Positions 1 through 9,175 of a stretch of DNA of 64,000 nt are shown here, one piece after another (position 1 is the first letter of the stretch; each line of letters opens with the position of its first letter). The position numbers and the translations under genes were made by a program. Source of the DNA: a virus; IMG/VR virus record IMGVR_UViG_3300032516_000005. The stretch is one strand, 5' to 3'. The notes below the pieces were generated by a model. That model had not been told where the DNA came from. It ran no database searches and saw nothing but the letters and a program-made list of their open reading frames with translations.

Positions 1-181
1 CGCTCTGGTTCGTCAGCGTGACGTTGACGTCGTCCGTCACGACACCCAGGTTCTCGCTCGGGACGAAGACGACGTCCGGCGCGAGCCGGGTGCCGTCCGC
101 GCGTTGGAGACCGTGGGGAAGAGCGATCGTCGCGCCTGCAGCGAGACTGAACGCCAGGGTATTCTTCAGCTGTTGCGCCAT
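1..181 (-). CDS. Partial spike-like protein (runs off window start); N-terminus paralogous to 1198-2469
   Basis: Hand translation MAQQLKNTLAFSLAAGATIALPHGLQRADGTRLAPDVVFVPSENLGVVTDDVNVTLTNQS aligns with MATRLIQIVPF...GTVALPHQINVNGVPEKPDFV...QVSVTNNG; absent from ORF track; TAGTGT 6 nt before ATG. Confidence 0.7.
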   Translation of the reverse strand, partial: MAQQLKNTLAFSLAAGATIALPHGLQRADGTRLAPDVVFVPSENLGVVTDDVNVTLTNQS

Positions 182-240
182 GTCGGCACACTAACACCAT
201 GCCGCCCGCGTGTAAGCGCTAACGTGCTACCGCTGGACCT

Positions 241-663
241 ATGACGTACAGGGTCCAGCTGGCCTACTTCCGGTTGACGGGGAAGTTCCTGACGTACGCG
301 GATTGTGACATCGCGCGTACGGACCTCACGCAGATCTGGGAAGCGATCCATGACCTGCGTCGCATTGGACGGTTGCCGGGTCTGCGTCCGAATGCAGGTC
401 GTGACCTGTTCATCATCGTGGATGTTCCAGATCACCCGGAGCGTGTGCTGCACCTGGTGATGCCACCGTTCATCAACGACGACGACATCACGCCAGTTCG
501 TGTGCCGACGGGTGAGCTGCCGCCGCTGGTACGAATGGCACTCGATGAGATTCCGTCGGCGCGAACGACGACGCGCGACGTCGTCAAGGTCGTGCTCGAC
601 GACGACGGTGGCGATACGCCCGTTGATCGACCGTTGCCCGGTAAGCTACGTGACGAGCCGTAG
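241..663 (+). CDS. Hypothetical protein
   Basis: 140-aa ORF, natural composition, divergent from the gene ending at 181. Confidence 0.65.
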   Translation: MTYRVQLAYFRLTGKFLTYADCDIARTDLTQIWEAIHDLRRIGRLPGLRPNAGRDLFIIVDVPDHPERVLHLVMPPFINDDDITPVRVPTGELPPLVRMALDEIPSARTTTRDVVKVVLDDDGGDTPVDRPLPGKLRDEP

Positions 664-679
664 GATCAGGCGTCGCGGG

Positions 680-1171
680 CTAAGGCACGAGCGTGAAAGC
701 GACCCGCCAGCATAGCGGGTCAGCTTCCCATGCCTGCGCGCCACGGTAGGCACCACGCCACTGCCGCTCGAACTCGGCGAGGTACGTCGAGCCGTCAGGC
801 GGAACCGTGCCTGCCAGCTTGGCCTCGGCTTCGGTGATCGTCGAGAGTTGGTGCAGCGTGCAGCTCTTGATGAGAACGGTCTTTTCAGCACGCATGCCAG
901 TCATCGGACGCCAACCATCAGGTGTCACAGGTGCTGCACTTCCAACGTCAGGCGCAAACGACGACACGCAGACGATGTCGTTGCCGACGTACCCCCACGG
1001 TTCTAACGCTTGTGAGATCGATCCGACCGGGAATGGAACGTCGGTGCTCGTGAAGCCTGCTTGACGCCGTGCGATATCTGAAGTCGACAACGGTTTCCAC
1101 GTCGTGATCTTGCGACCGTTCCGCACAGCACGCGCAAGGTGAGCACAAAATTCGAGGGGTCTGCCAGTCAT
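680..1171 (-). CDS. ASCH/PUA-like phage protein
   Basis: From MTGRPLEF: RAVRNGRKITT...PWG...WRP...LSTITEAEAKLAG...FERQW...WEADPLCWRVAF resembles the common phage ASCH-like family. Confidence 0.6.
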   Translation of the reverse strand: MTGRPLEFCAHLARAVRNGRKITTWKPLSTSDIARRQAGFTSTDVPFPVGSISQALEPWGYVGNDIVCVSSFAPDVGSAAPVTPDGWRPMTGMRAEKTVLIKSCTLHQLSTITEAEAKLAGTVPPDGSTYLAEFERQWRGAYRGAQAWEADPLCWRVAFTLVP

Positions 1172-1197
1172 GGGAATGCTCCGTGGTTGTAGTCGAA

Positions 1198-2469
1198 CTA
1201 GAACTTCGCGACGACCATCCAGTTCGAAACGCCGTCGGAGACGAGGATCGCCGAGCCTTGTGCGAGTGCGATGACGTAGGTTGCGGCACCGTTGACGGTG
1301 TTGCCGGGGCTTGGCGTGATCGTGATGGCGTTGGCAGATCCCGATGAGTTCTTCACGACGATCATCGCGCCGGGATGCCATTCAGCACGCGGTAGATTGA
1401 CCGCGGTCACGTTGCCGAACGGGTAGTACGCCATCATGCCGGGGCTCAGCTCCAACGGCTGTTGATTGATCACCGGGTTGAGCGCACTGATGTCAGCGAT
1501 CTGCCTAACGGTGCCGCCAAAAAAGCTCTGTAGCACCGAGACGTTGTTCGACGCCTTTGCATAGATCGTCAGGGTCGCTGCTCCGGCGCCACCATCGTCG
1601 AATGTGTTGGCCTCGACCAGCGCAAACTTGTCGACTTCGACGTTCACGTCTATTGCGATGCCCGGGACTAGAATTGGAGACTGTTGTCGGATCTGTGAAT
1701 CGTGTCGTACCGAAATCCGTACCGACTTGGCGAGAGCGACGTTGGCCAAATCGATGATGGGCGAGCCGCCATCGCCACCGATGATCGTGTTGTCATCGAG
1801 AATGAACACGTCCCCGTCGGTCATGTCGCTGATCGGTGCGACGCCACTGTTAGCGCTCTGCAGGTAGAGACCGTGAACTTCACGTAACCCGATCAACTCG
1901 ACACCGTCATCCATGGAAACGACGGGCACGGTCGCGAAAAGTCCTGGGCCCCTGCCGCGACCTTCCCAGACCGTACTGGTTTGATCCCACGTGCCCGCTG
2001 GAATGCTGAGCGCTGCGAACTGATCGTCGAACTGCAGCAACTTCGGACCGCTGATCGCGCTCATGGCAACGTCGAGCAACGTCCAATCGTCGAAGACGTT
2101 GTCGTGCGGCGTGCCACCAGGCTGATACACGAACGCGTACGTGCTGCCACCGCCACCACTGCCGCCACCGGATGCGACTACGAACGGCCGCGGGATCAAA
2201 CTTGGGTAGAGCGTATCGGGCACAGTACCGAGCTGCCGCGAGGTCGTGTGCTTGAGTTCAAGCCAGACGTTGACACTGGCAGGGCTCGCGCCGTTGTTGG
2301 TGACGCTGACCTGCGCTGCCGTAACGGTCACCGTGAAGCCTGCAGTGTCAGCCGCGACGAAATCGGGCTTCTCGGGAACGCCGTTGACGTTGATCTGATG
2401 CGGTAGCGCAACCGTACCGCTCGCAGGTACGGCCGTGAACGGAACGATCTGGATCAGACGCGTGGCCAT
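1198..2469 (-). CDS. Putative spike / receptor-binding protein
   Basis: Beta-rich; N-terminal module, GGGSGGGG hinge, central beta-helix-like region, C-terminal VNLP...IVVKN...ITITP...TVNG...LVSDGVSNW domain typical of phage fibre tips. Confidence 0.6.
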   Translation of the reverse strand: MATRLIQIVPFTAVPASGTVALPHQINVNGVPEKPDFVAADTAGFTVTVTAAQVSVTNNGASPASVNVWLELKHTTSRQLGTVPDTLYPSLIPRPFVVASGGGSGGGGSTYAFVYQPGGTPHDNVFDDWTLLDVAMSAISGPKLLQFDDQFAALSIPAGTWDQTSTVWEGRGRGPGLFATVPVVSMDDGVELIGLREVHGLYLQSANSGVAPISDMTDGDVFILDDNTIIGGDGGSPIIDLANVALAKSVRISVRHDSQIRQQSPILVPGIAIDVNVEVDKFALVEANTFDDGGAGAATLTIYAKASNNVSVLQSFFGGTVRQIADISALNPVINQQPLELSPGMMAYYPFGNVTAVNLPRAEWHPGAMIVVKNSSGSANAITITPSPGNTVNGAATYVIALAQGSAILVSDGVSNWMVVAKF

Positions 2470-2485
2470 GCGATGAACGTATCAT

Positions 2486-2501
2486 GATCGCGCACGCAAT
2501 C
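2486..2501. promoter_or_regulatory. GATCGC-N4-GCGATC operator-like palindrome (GATCGCGCACGCAATC)
   Basis: One mismatch to consensus; upstream of TACGTT-N6-ATG of the spike gene. Confidence 0.7.
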
Positions 2502-2545
2502 GACGGACCCGACACGGCTCGACAACACCGCGCGCGTGACGCACG

Positions 2546-3295
2546 ATGCGGTCCGTGCCGCCGAAGCTCTACCATTCGCCGTTGACCGGCGACGTCTGGC
2601 CTGACGTTCGCCCTGCGATCGGGACGCTTGCAGGGCTCGCGAACTTCTTGAACGAGAAGCGGCCGCGACGGCGGCCGCCTGAGGGCCACGACGCAGCGAT
2701 CACGCTCGCGACAGAGGCAGCAGGCGCATTCGCAGGGATCCCGAAGATCACGCGAACCGGCCTCGAAGGTGTTCCGATCGCCGACGCGTACTGGAAGGCG
2801 AAAGAAGCCAAGCGCGTCCTGACTCGGCTCGTCGACGACGGGATCTTCATCAAGCACCAGCAGGAGTGGGGCAGCTCGTGGCTGCGCAGCCATGAAGCTT
2901 GGAGTGTCGACGATCCCTTCTCGCGCGCTCGTAACGTCATGGCGCCGATGCGCGCTGCGCGGCTTGCGTACTACGCCGCGAGCTTGACCGAGAAGGCGGG
3001 TGCAGGGAACGACATCGCCATGGACGCCTACGGCTACGTGCATGCAGCGACGCTGGGGGCGCTCGCAGAGCTGGAGGACGGCGGGGTCGACAAAGTTGCT
3101 GGGGCGGCCGTCGAGCGCGTCTGGCGCTTCGTGGTGGCCGCTGGGAGGCTTCCCAAGAGCCCGGACGATGACGACCTGCTAGCGGCGTTCGAAGCCGCGT
3201 TGATGGTCGGAGAGTCAGAATTTGCTCAGAATTTGGCGAAGTGCGGGTACGGCTTCGTAGACGTACCCCCAGTCGATACAGACACGCCCACGTAG
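2546..3295 (+). CDS. Hypothetical helical protein with C-terminal AFEAA motif
   Basis: 249-aa ORF; AAFEAALMVGESEFAQNL resembles the C-termini of 59243-59839 and 60658-61263. Confidence 0.65.
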   Translation: MRSVPPKLYHSPLTGDVWPDVRPAIGTLAGLANFLNEKRPRRRPPEGHDAAITLATEAAGAFAGIPKITRTGLEGVPIADAYWKAKEAKRVLTRLVDDGIFIKHQQEWGSSWLRSHEAWSVDDPFSRARNVMAPMRAARLAYYAASLTEKAGAGNDIAMDAYGYVHAATLGALAELEDGGVDKVAGAAVERVWRFVVAAGRLPKSPDDDDLLAAFEAALMVGESEFAQNLAKCGYGFVDVPPVDTDTPT

Positions 3296-3714
3296 TTTCA
3301 ACACGTTGGGCGTGCTCTTCGGGTCGGATTTCACGCCCCCTTTTTTGCGCCTGAACGATTCTGAATACTTGTAGTCCGTACTTGTTACGTAGACTACCAA
3401 ATCAGGGGAGGTGATTCCTCTTTCCTATATCTATAGGATCGACGTACTTCGTAAACCCATTTACTCTTATTATGATTTAAGAGAGATCGTAAGTACTAGA
3501 GGAGGAGGAATCACCTCAGGGTGTTTTGGGTAGAAAACTGTAGCAAAATTACTGTGTTACACGAAAGGGGTTGTGAAGGGCGTGAAAGTTCACAACCCCT
3601 CCAATTCGGACGAGATCAGCGGGGACCCGCGTAAGTGGTTGTCAGCTCGTTGCGGGTCCGTTTGAATCCTGTTGACACGCGTGCGCACCGTAAACAAGAA
3701 TTGGGTAGATCCAC
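3296..3714. other. AT-rich intergenic island with nested inverted repeats; candidate replication origin
   Basis: Only long AT-rich non-coding stretch; GAGGTGATTCCTC (3408-3420) / GAGGAATCACCTC (3505-3517); TTTCACGCCC (3329-3338) / GGGCGTGAAA (3578-3587); hairpin 3566-3600. Confidence 0.45.
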
Positions 3715-4482
3715 ATGGTGCAGGCACGCAAGAAACGTGATCGCAAGGTCAAGTCAGATGAATTATTGGATTTGACTGGGCTACCAATTTCGGTCGTTAA
3801 GCACTATCGCGCATGCGCTCAAAAGCTGGACATGAGCGTTACCGAGTACTTGGTACTGAAATTGACCCACGATTGTTACGTTGACGTGGTCGCAGTTGCA
3901 GCTACCAAACGACCTGATGGCAGGGATACTATTTACGCGTCAAAGGCTGAACCGGCAGTTGCGACCACCAAGAGCGGCTACAAAGGCGTCTACGCCTACG
4001 GAAAGCGCTGGGCTGCTGTGGTCTTCGTGAACGGCACACGTCAACGCCTGGGTGTCTGGGACACGCCTGACGAAGCTGCACACGCCTACGACAACCACCT
4101 CATTGCCGCTGCTGACGGCGACCCCAACGTTGCCGTGAATTTTCCGAGTCCACTAGACGACCTGCAAACGGCCGGGGCAGCGTTCGTAGAACGGTTTGCG
4201 ACAGGCGAGCCGCTCACGGACATCGAGCATGCCGCCTGGCAGCGCTCAACGCAGAGCCGCGTGGTTCCTGATCGTGGCGGTTTATCGATTCTTCCTCCGA
4301 CGACAGACGCCAGCAAGATCAACGCGAATATGCCGTTGATGAACCGCCCCGCGATTGGCCTGCACAAGCGCACAGGTTCCCCCGTTGCGCCGAAGCCGCG
4401 AGATCCGACGTTCATCCCTGCGGAGCTGCCTCCACCTATAACCGAGTTCGTGCCGCCGCCATTGGACGACCCCGATGCTTGA
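3715..4482 (+). CDS. AP2-domain DNA-binding protein
   Basis: SGYKGVYAYGKRWAAVVFVNGTRQRLGVWDTPDEAAHAYD...VNFP is the AP2/ERF signature; possible RHH-like N-terminus. Confidence 0.8.
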   Translation: MVQARKKRDRKVKSDELLDLTGLPISVVKHYRACAQKLDMSVTEYLVLKLTHDCYVDVVAVAATKRPDGRDTIYASKAEPAVATTKSGYKGVYAYGKRWAAVVFVNGTRQRLGVWDTPDEAAHAYDNHLIAAADGDPNVAVNFPSPLDDLQTAGAAFVERFATGEPLTDIEHAAWQRSTQSRVVPDRGGLSILPPTTDASKINANMPLMNRPAIGLHKRTGSPVAPKPRDPTFIPAELPPPITEFVPPPLDDPDA

Positions 4483-4487
4483 GCCTA

Positions 4488-4657
4488 TTGCAGTTGACGG
4501 CCTGCACGCCGTTCGATAAGACACTCAATCGGTCCACTGTAGCGAGCCAGGGAATCGAACCCTGCGCGGTCAGCTTGTAACGCTGATCTCATCCCCAGAT
4601 GAGCCGCTCGCTGTAAACCGCGCACGGGTTGCAGTTGACGGCCTGCACGCCGTTCGA
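4488..4657 (+). repeat. 29-bp direct repeat flanking the tRNA
   Basis: TTGCAGTTGACGGCCTGCACGCCGTTCGA at 4488-4516 and 4629-4657. Confidence 0.9.
4540..4612 (-). tRNA. tRNA-Val (anticodon TAC), atypical, CCA not encoded
   Basis: Cloverleaf: AGCGAGC/GCTCGCT acceptor, CTCA/TGAG D-stem, TCAGC-GTTACAA-GCTGA anticodon arm, CAGGG-TTCGATT-CCCTG T-arm, discriminator A. Confidence 0.8.
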
Positions 4658-4789
4658 AACTTGTGTGGCCCCGTCGGTACGGCTAGGGGACCGATCCGAC
4701 GGGGGCTTAGTCGAGCAGAGAGCTACGAGCGCTGGAGCTACAACGCCCGCCGACACTCTACGGGTAACACACCACAGAAAACGCTGTCA

Positions 4790-4841
4790 ACGTCTACGTC
4801 TACGTCTACGTCTACGTCTACGTCTACGTCTACGTCTACGT
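4790..4841. repeat. (ACGTCT)n microsatellite, about 8.5 units
   Basis: Directly visible; on the minus strand it reiterates the TAG stop of 4836-5360. Confidence 0.95.
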
Positions 4842-5360
4842 GCTGCTGCCAGCGTCGTGCGGCACGATCGACGGCTCGTCGACTTGTGCGGCCGTCGAAA
4901 CGTACGCTGCGTGCACTGCTGCAGCTTCAGGCGTCTGCGGACCAAAGTCCGCTGCCGTTGCCGGCATGACGACGCGGTTCTTGTCCCGCTCTTTGCGATA
5001 CTTCTCGTAGCCTGCCGCGATCTGCGCTGTGTAGCGCAGCTCCCCCGGCATTTCACGTACGTGCTGATCGATGCCCGGGATCTTCTCGATCGCGTCTGCA
5101 ATGTCCACTAGGGCCTTGTGCGGCCAGCCCGCTGTTGCCTGCGGATCCAGATTGCCGACCGCGAACTGCACGACCTTGACCGCGGCATGGAATCCGTCGA
5201 GGAGTTGCTTCGTGACCCCTGAGCCGTCAACGTCGACGAGCTTTGCGGCTGTGAGCTGCTTGTCCAGCTCGTAGTTCTTGTTCTGGGCTTCACGAAGCTG
5301 ATCACGCAGCTTGTCGAAGTCAGAGAGCTTGACGGTGACGGTGGGTTCGCTATCGGCCAT
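4836..5360 (-). CDS. Hypothetical protein with N-terminal coiled coil
   Basis: 174-aa ORF directly preceded by a sigma70-like promoter. Confidence 0.75.
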   Translation of the reverse strand: MADSEPTVTVKLSDFDKLRDQLREAQNKNYELDKQLTAAKLVDVDGSGVTKQLLDGFHAAVKVVQFAVGNLDPQATAGWPHKALVDIADAIEKIPGIDQHVREMPGELRYTAQIAAGYEKYRKERDKNRVVMPATAADFGPQTPEAAAVHAAYVSTAAQVDEPSIVPHDAGSST

Positions 5361-5367
5361 GAAACGG

Positions 5368-5396
5368 ACCGTAGCGACCGTGCTTCAACGAGTCAA
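5368..5396 (-). promoter_or_regulatory. Sigma70-like promoter, leaderless
   Basis: TTGACT-N17-TACGGT, 7 nt before the ATG at 5360. Confidence 0.65.
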
Positions 5397-5418
5397 GAGC
5401 ACTGTGTCAACGCGGTAG

Positions 5419-5958
5419 CTACCGGAAGTTCTTCCACATCTGCGACGGCTGCGGTTCAGCACAGCGCTCGACGTACTTCGCGTTGGGCTTCTTGTTGTAC
5501 GGCACGTCGACGTCGCCGGTCTCGAAGTAGATAAGCTGTCCGATCGGCATCCCTGCGTAGACGCGCACGGGCTCGACGACGTGGATCTCCAGCGTCCAGT
5601 GGTTACAGAACCCGACGTCACCGCGACCGGCCGTACAGTGGATCGTGATGCCGAGCCTGCCAATGCTCGACTTACCGTCGAGGAACGGTACATGCTTATG
5701 GGTCTCGGTGTACTCAACCGTCGAGCCTAGGTAGAGCGTGTTGGGGTGCAGCACGAAACCGCCAAGGTCAATCTTGTGCCGCATGATGCGGTTCGCGGTC
5801 TTGCAGTCGATGCCTCGCGGCGTCCGTGCATACGTCATGAGCGTCGCGCCTAGATGCACGTCGTATGAGTTCGTCCCAAGGGCTTTCTCGTCGAACGGCT
5901 CGATGATGATCTCACCACGTGCCATTGCGGCACGAATCAAACGGTCGCTGAGGATCAC
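5419..5958 (-). CDS. dcd: dCTP deaminase
   Basis: VILSD, NSYDVHLG, GKSSIGRLG, AGRGDVGF, TLEI, IGQLIYF, PY...KY motifs; start reset to the GTG at 5958. Confidence 0.92.
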   Translation of the reverse strand: MILSDRLIRAAMARGEIIIEPFDEKALGTNSYDVHLGATLMTYARTPRGIDCKTANRIMRHKIDLGGFVLHPNTLYLGSTVEYTETHKHVPFLDGKSSIGRLGITIHCTAGRGDVGFCNHWTLEIHVVEPVRVYAGMPIGQLIYFETGDVDVPYNKKPNAKYVERCAEPQPSQMWKNFR

Positions 5959-6317
5959 GGTTTCTCCTGCGCGGCGAGTCGTTGCGCGAGCGGCTCGCCG
6001 ATGATGTCGCCGTCGGCCGACGTGGGAACGTAGGGCAAGTACGTCTGGTCGTTGAGCAGCTGCTCGACGCTTGTGATCACGAGCGGAGCCTCTGCAGCAA
6101 ACACCTTCGGCGCCGGCCCGCGTCCGATGATCTCGCGCAGCGATTGCTGCCACGGATGCTCAGCGTGCAGGTTGACGAACTTGCGTGTCCACGCGAGCAA
6201 CGCAGGAACGTCAGCGAGCCGAATCGAATCGACGCCTTCTTTCAAAGGGCAGGTCGCGCAACACAGCTCGCCGTGCTCGTTGATGTACCGGGCGGCGTTG
6301 CCGCACTTGCAATTCAC
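5955..6317 (-). CDS. Hypothetical Cys-rich (Zn-binding) protein
   Basis: CKCG...CCATC; TTGACA-N17-GAGAAT-N8-GTG upstream; overlaps the dcd start. Confidence 0.65.
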   Translation of the reverse strand: MNCKCGNAARYINEHGELCCATCPLKEGVDSIRLADVPALLAWTRKFVNLHAEHPWQQSLREIIGRGPAPKVFAAEAPLVITSVEQLLNDQTYLPYVPTSADGDIIGEPLAQRLAAQEKP

Positions 6318-6594
6318 GGTGCGCGATTCTCGGGGGCAGTACGTGTCTTGTCAAGATGATGTTCGCAAGCTCGTCAGCTGCGATTGGTGATGTCGAAACC
6401 GCCACGGCGCCGCTCACGTGCACGTTCGATCTTCTGAAGTTGATCCAGGCGCACTGCTTCAGAAATCGGCTTCCCCCGCTTCTTACGAGGAGGACGCTTC
6501 CGGCCATTGCGCATACCGTCACCTGTACAGACGTCACCGTTGACGATGCGCCACGACGAGCTGATCACGAGACCATTCATTCGCGCAGCCTACG

Positions 6595-6912
6595 CTAGGC
6601 CTCCAATTTCTTGGTACGTTTCTGCTCAGCGCGTGCCGTAAGCCCGAGGACGATCTGATCAACGTCGCGGTTCGGTTCAGGATGCTTGAGTCGCGGGTCC
6701 GGTGCAGGCATCTCGACGATGCCGACACGTGACCGCCAGGCCATGTCTGGATTGCCGTCGACCTCGTAGCCGACCGCGAGCAGGTCTCGATACGCTTGCG
6801 CGACACGTTCAGCGTCGGCACGGGTAATCAGCGTTCCTTCGAGCCCGAGCGACATCGTGATGCCTGTGTCGGTCTCGGTCCAGATGACGGTGTGGTAGAC
6901 GACGTCACTCAT
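6595..6912 (-). CDS. Hypothetical protein
   Basis: Member of a packed minus-strand small-gene run; GGAG upstream. Confidence 0.6.
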   Translation of the reverse strand: MSDVVYHTVIWTETDTGITMSLGLEGTLITRADAERVAQAYRDLLAVGYEVDGNPDMAWRSRVGIVEMPAPDPRLKHPEPNRDVDQIVLGLTARAEQKRTKKLEA

Positions 6913-6915
6913 AAA

Positions 6916-7140
6916 CTACTCCGGGTGCAGAACGTTGTAGACGTCGAGCAGGTGTACTGCAACTCGTTGCATCTGCAGCATGGTCACGCGCATGTCGACG
7001 GCGTCGCTGCCCTTGTGACAGCGACAGCCGCCGTTGGTAGCCATGCCGCCGGGGCTGCCCCAGATACACGAATTGTCGCCGCAGCCGACGTTCATGCCGA
7101 GAGCAGTCGCAATGTCGTGGAGCTTCTTGCGTTTGCTCAC
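6916..7140 (-). CDS. Hypothetical protein (CGDNSC...GMATNGGCRC)
   Basis: Cys motif; AAGGA upstream. Confidence 0.6.
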   Translation of the reverse strand: MSKRKKLHDIATALGMNVGCGDNSCIWGSPGGMATNGGCRCHKGSDAVDMRVTMLQMQRVAVHLLDVYNVLHPE

Positions 7141-7333
7141 GTCGATCCTTTTTAGTGGCCGGTCAAATAGATGAGTGGAATGCGGCGCAACTACTTAGCG
7201 GTGGCTGGCTGACAATGTCAAGAACTCGTGCACGCTTCACGATCAGCCCACCGAATAGTCACATACGACGCTGGAGCCACGGCGGCACACGTACCTTGGA
7301 ATAAACGTCATAGCCGCACCCCACTCAAAAAGT

Positions 7334-7543
7334 TCATTGCGCCTCCATCGCGCGACCTGTCACGACCCACATGCCGTTGATGAACTCCTGAACCATCCCG
7401 TCGCGGCGTGCCATCAAGCCGTGCCCTTTGGGGCACGACGCAGGCTCCGACGCCGTCTCGTGCGCGCCGCGGCATCCGGGTTGATCGAGCAGTACGCGTT
7501 TCGCTTCGGCACCACACGTCTCGCAGTAGAGTTGGACGTTCAT
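7334..7543 (-). CDS. Small Zn-ribbon-like protein
   Basis: MNVQLYCETCG...CPKGHG; ATGA overlap with the upstream gene. Confidence 0.5.
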   Translation of the reverse strand: MNVQLYCETCGAEAKRVLLDQPGCRGAHETASEPASCPKGHGLMARRDGMVQEFINGMWVVTGRAMEAQ

Positions 7544-7770
7544 ACGAACCGCCACCAGCTCTCGAAGCTCTCTTTCCACTCCCAACCCAGCGCTTCGAGC
7601 TTGCCGCGATCGTCACCGCCGAGAGCGTCACGGTGCACGCCCTGTACGTAGATCTCGTCGTGTTCGCACGCGATGTCGCCGGGGTTCTCAGCGCTCAAGT
7701 AGCTCTGGATGATGCGAAGACCTTCGACGATCTTCTGGAACTCGGTCATGTCTTCAGGCGCAAGCATCAC
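7540..7770 (-). CDS. Hypothetical protein
   Basis: CEHDEIY...LEALGW...W phage-like small protein; coupled to neighbours. Confidence 0.6.
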   Translation of the reverse strand: MMLAPEDMTEFQKIVEGLRIIQSYLSAENPGDIACEHDEIYVQGVHRDALGGDDRGKLEALGWEWKESFESWWRFV

Positions 7771-7970
7771 GGCAGCTCCGGCTTGGAGCGCATCCGTTCG
7801 ACTTCATCAGCTGCGCGCACGAGCAGCGCTGCATAGTTGCGCGCTGCGATCGGTTCGAGCGTGACCCGTGGATCTGACAGCAGCTCGACACCGCCACGGC
7901 TCGCGTGCACGTGAACTGCAGGATCGTCACTGATAGGTAGACCAGGGACCTCGCCAATTCGGGCACTCAT
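7767..7970 (-). CDS. Hypothetical protein
   Basis: 67 aa, stop overlaps the next start. Confidence 0.5.
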   Translation of the reverse strand: MSARIGEVPGLPISDDPAVHVHASRGGVELLSDPRVTLEPIAARNYAALLVRAADEVERMRSKPELP

Positions 7971-8019
7971 GCCCCTTTGGTCTAACGGCTCGCTCCACGC
8001 AAATCAAGAGCTAGTTGCG

Positions 8020-8922
8020 CTAGATGCTGGGTGTTGCCCAGCACAGTGGCGCGAACGTCATCGGCCCGATGATCCCGTCAGCCGTCAGCCCGTGCTTTGT
8101 CTGGAAAGCCTTGACGGCTGCCTCGGTCTTGGGACCGAAAACGCCATCCGGAGTTGTGCCGACACGACGCTGCACCCACGAAACGCGTGCACCATTCGGG
8201 ACGCCGAGCTTCATCAAGTTGAAGCGGTTGCAGTCAACGGTGCGGTTGAACCCGGGCCAGTTGAGTCCGTCACCTTGATACTGGTGGATCCACCAGTTCC
8301 CGCCACCCCACGGGATCGGAACAGTGGGATCGTACGCGCCGCCCGAGAACGGCTTCGAGATGTCACGATGCACAGGCGTACGAACCTGCCACGGCCACGG
8401 CTTTGCGAGCCAGGGGGGCGACGTTGCGAGGTCAGGTGCCATCTGGTTGTGCAGGTCTTCGTTCCAGACGCGGCCGCTGGTGTAGATCATCGGGATCACG
8501 CCGAACGTCGTGCGCATCGCGTTCCAGATCTCGCGATACCAGTCGAGAGCCTGTTCTGCGGTGCAACCGAACGCCGTCGGGCTGCCAGCTGATTCGATGT
8601 CGAGCGCAGGCGGCAAATCCTTGTCGGGGATGAGTCCACCGGCTTTGTCGATCGCGAGCTTGAGTGCTGCGATCTGCGACGCGATCGACACCAGGTCGCC
8701 CTGACCATTCTTGTAGCGCGGGTACAGGTACGGTCCACGCACGAGCCCTGCGGCCTTGATGCCGCTCCAATCTCGAAGGAATGCCGTGTCAACCCAGTTG
8801 CCGTACGCAGCACGTACGATCACGAACGTCAGCCGTGAACCGTCAGCGCTTGGTTGTTTCGCGAGCACCCAGTTCGGTGGGCCGTTGTCATCAATCGACG
8901 CAAAATCGATTCCGAGCAGCAT
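8020..8922 (-). CDS. Endolysin: GH25 muramidase plus C-terminal peptidoglycan-binding domain
   Basis: GIDF, AGLVRGPY, LPPALDIE, PMIYT, WWIHQY, VDCNRF; PGBD VQRRVG..PDGVFGPKTEAAVKAFQ..HGLTADGIIGPMT; start at MLLGIDF with GGAG. Confidence 0.9.
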   Translation of the reverse strand: MLLGIDFASIDDNGPPNWVLAKQPSADGSRLTFVIVRAAYGNWVDTAFLRDWSGIKAAGLVRGPYLYPRYKNGQGDLVSIASQIAALKLAIDKAGGLIPDKDLPPALDIESAGSPTAFGCTAEQALDWYREIWNAMRTTFGVIPMIYTSGRVWNEDLHNQMAPDLATSPPWLAKPWPWQVRTPVHRDISKPFSGGAYDPTVPIPWGGGNWWIHQYQGDGLNWPGFNRTVDCNRFNLMKLGVPNGARVSWVQRRVGTTPDGVFGPKTEAAVKAFQTKHGLTADGIIGPMTFAPLCWATPSI

Positions 8923-8935
8923 TGAGGTCTCCTGG

Positions 8936-9175
8936 TTATGGATCGTCGCTGTCAACCTTGTCGGCGATGTCGACGACGTTGACGAGCGCACGCAGTTCAG
9001 CCTCAACGATGTCCGGTGTTGTCTTGCCGGCGAGACCGTCCTGCAAGGTCACGATGATCGCATGGATTGTCTGGAGGGCGTCTTGCGCCTTGTCTGGCCC
9101 GACTCGTGTGAGCGCTCGAATGGTCTTGAGCGTCCCGAGCGCGATCTCGACAGCCTTGAGGCTATCAGGCAACAT
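8936..9175 (-). CDS. Hypothetical helical protein in the lysis operon
   Basis: MLPDSLKAVE...; coupled to the upstream stop. Confidence 0.55.
   Translation of the reverse strand: MLPDSLKAVEIALGTLKTIRALTRVGPDKAQDALQTIHAIIVTLQDGLAGKTTPDIVEAELRALVNVVDIADKVDSDDP

Noticed and set aside
4488-4657. Mini-CRISPR from the two 29-bp repeats
   Set aside because: Only two copies, and the 112-bp interval holds a tRNA, too long for a spacer
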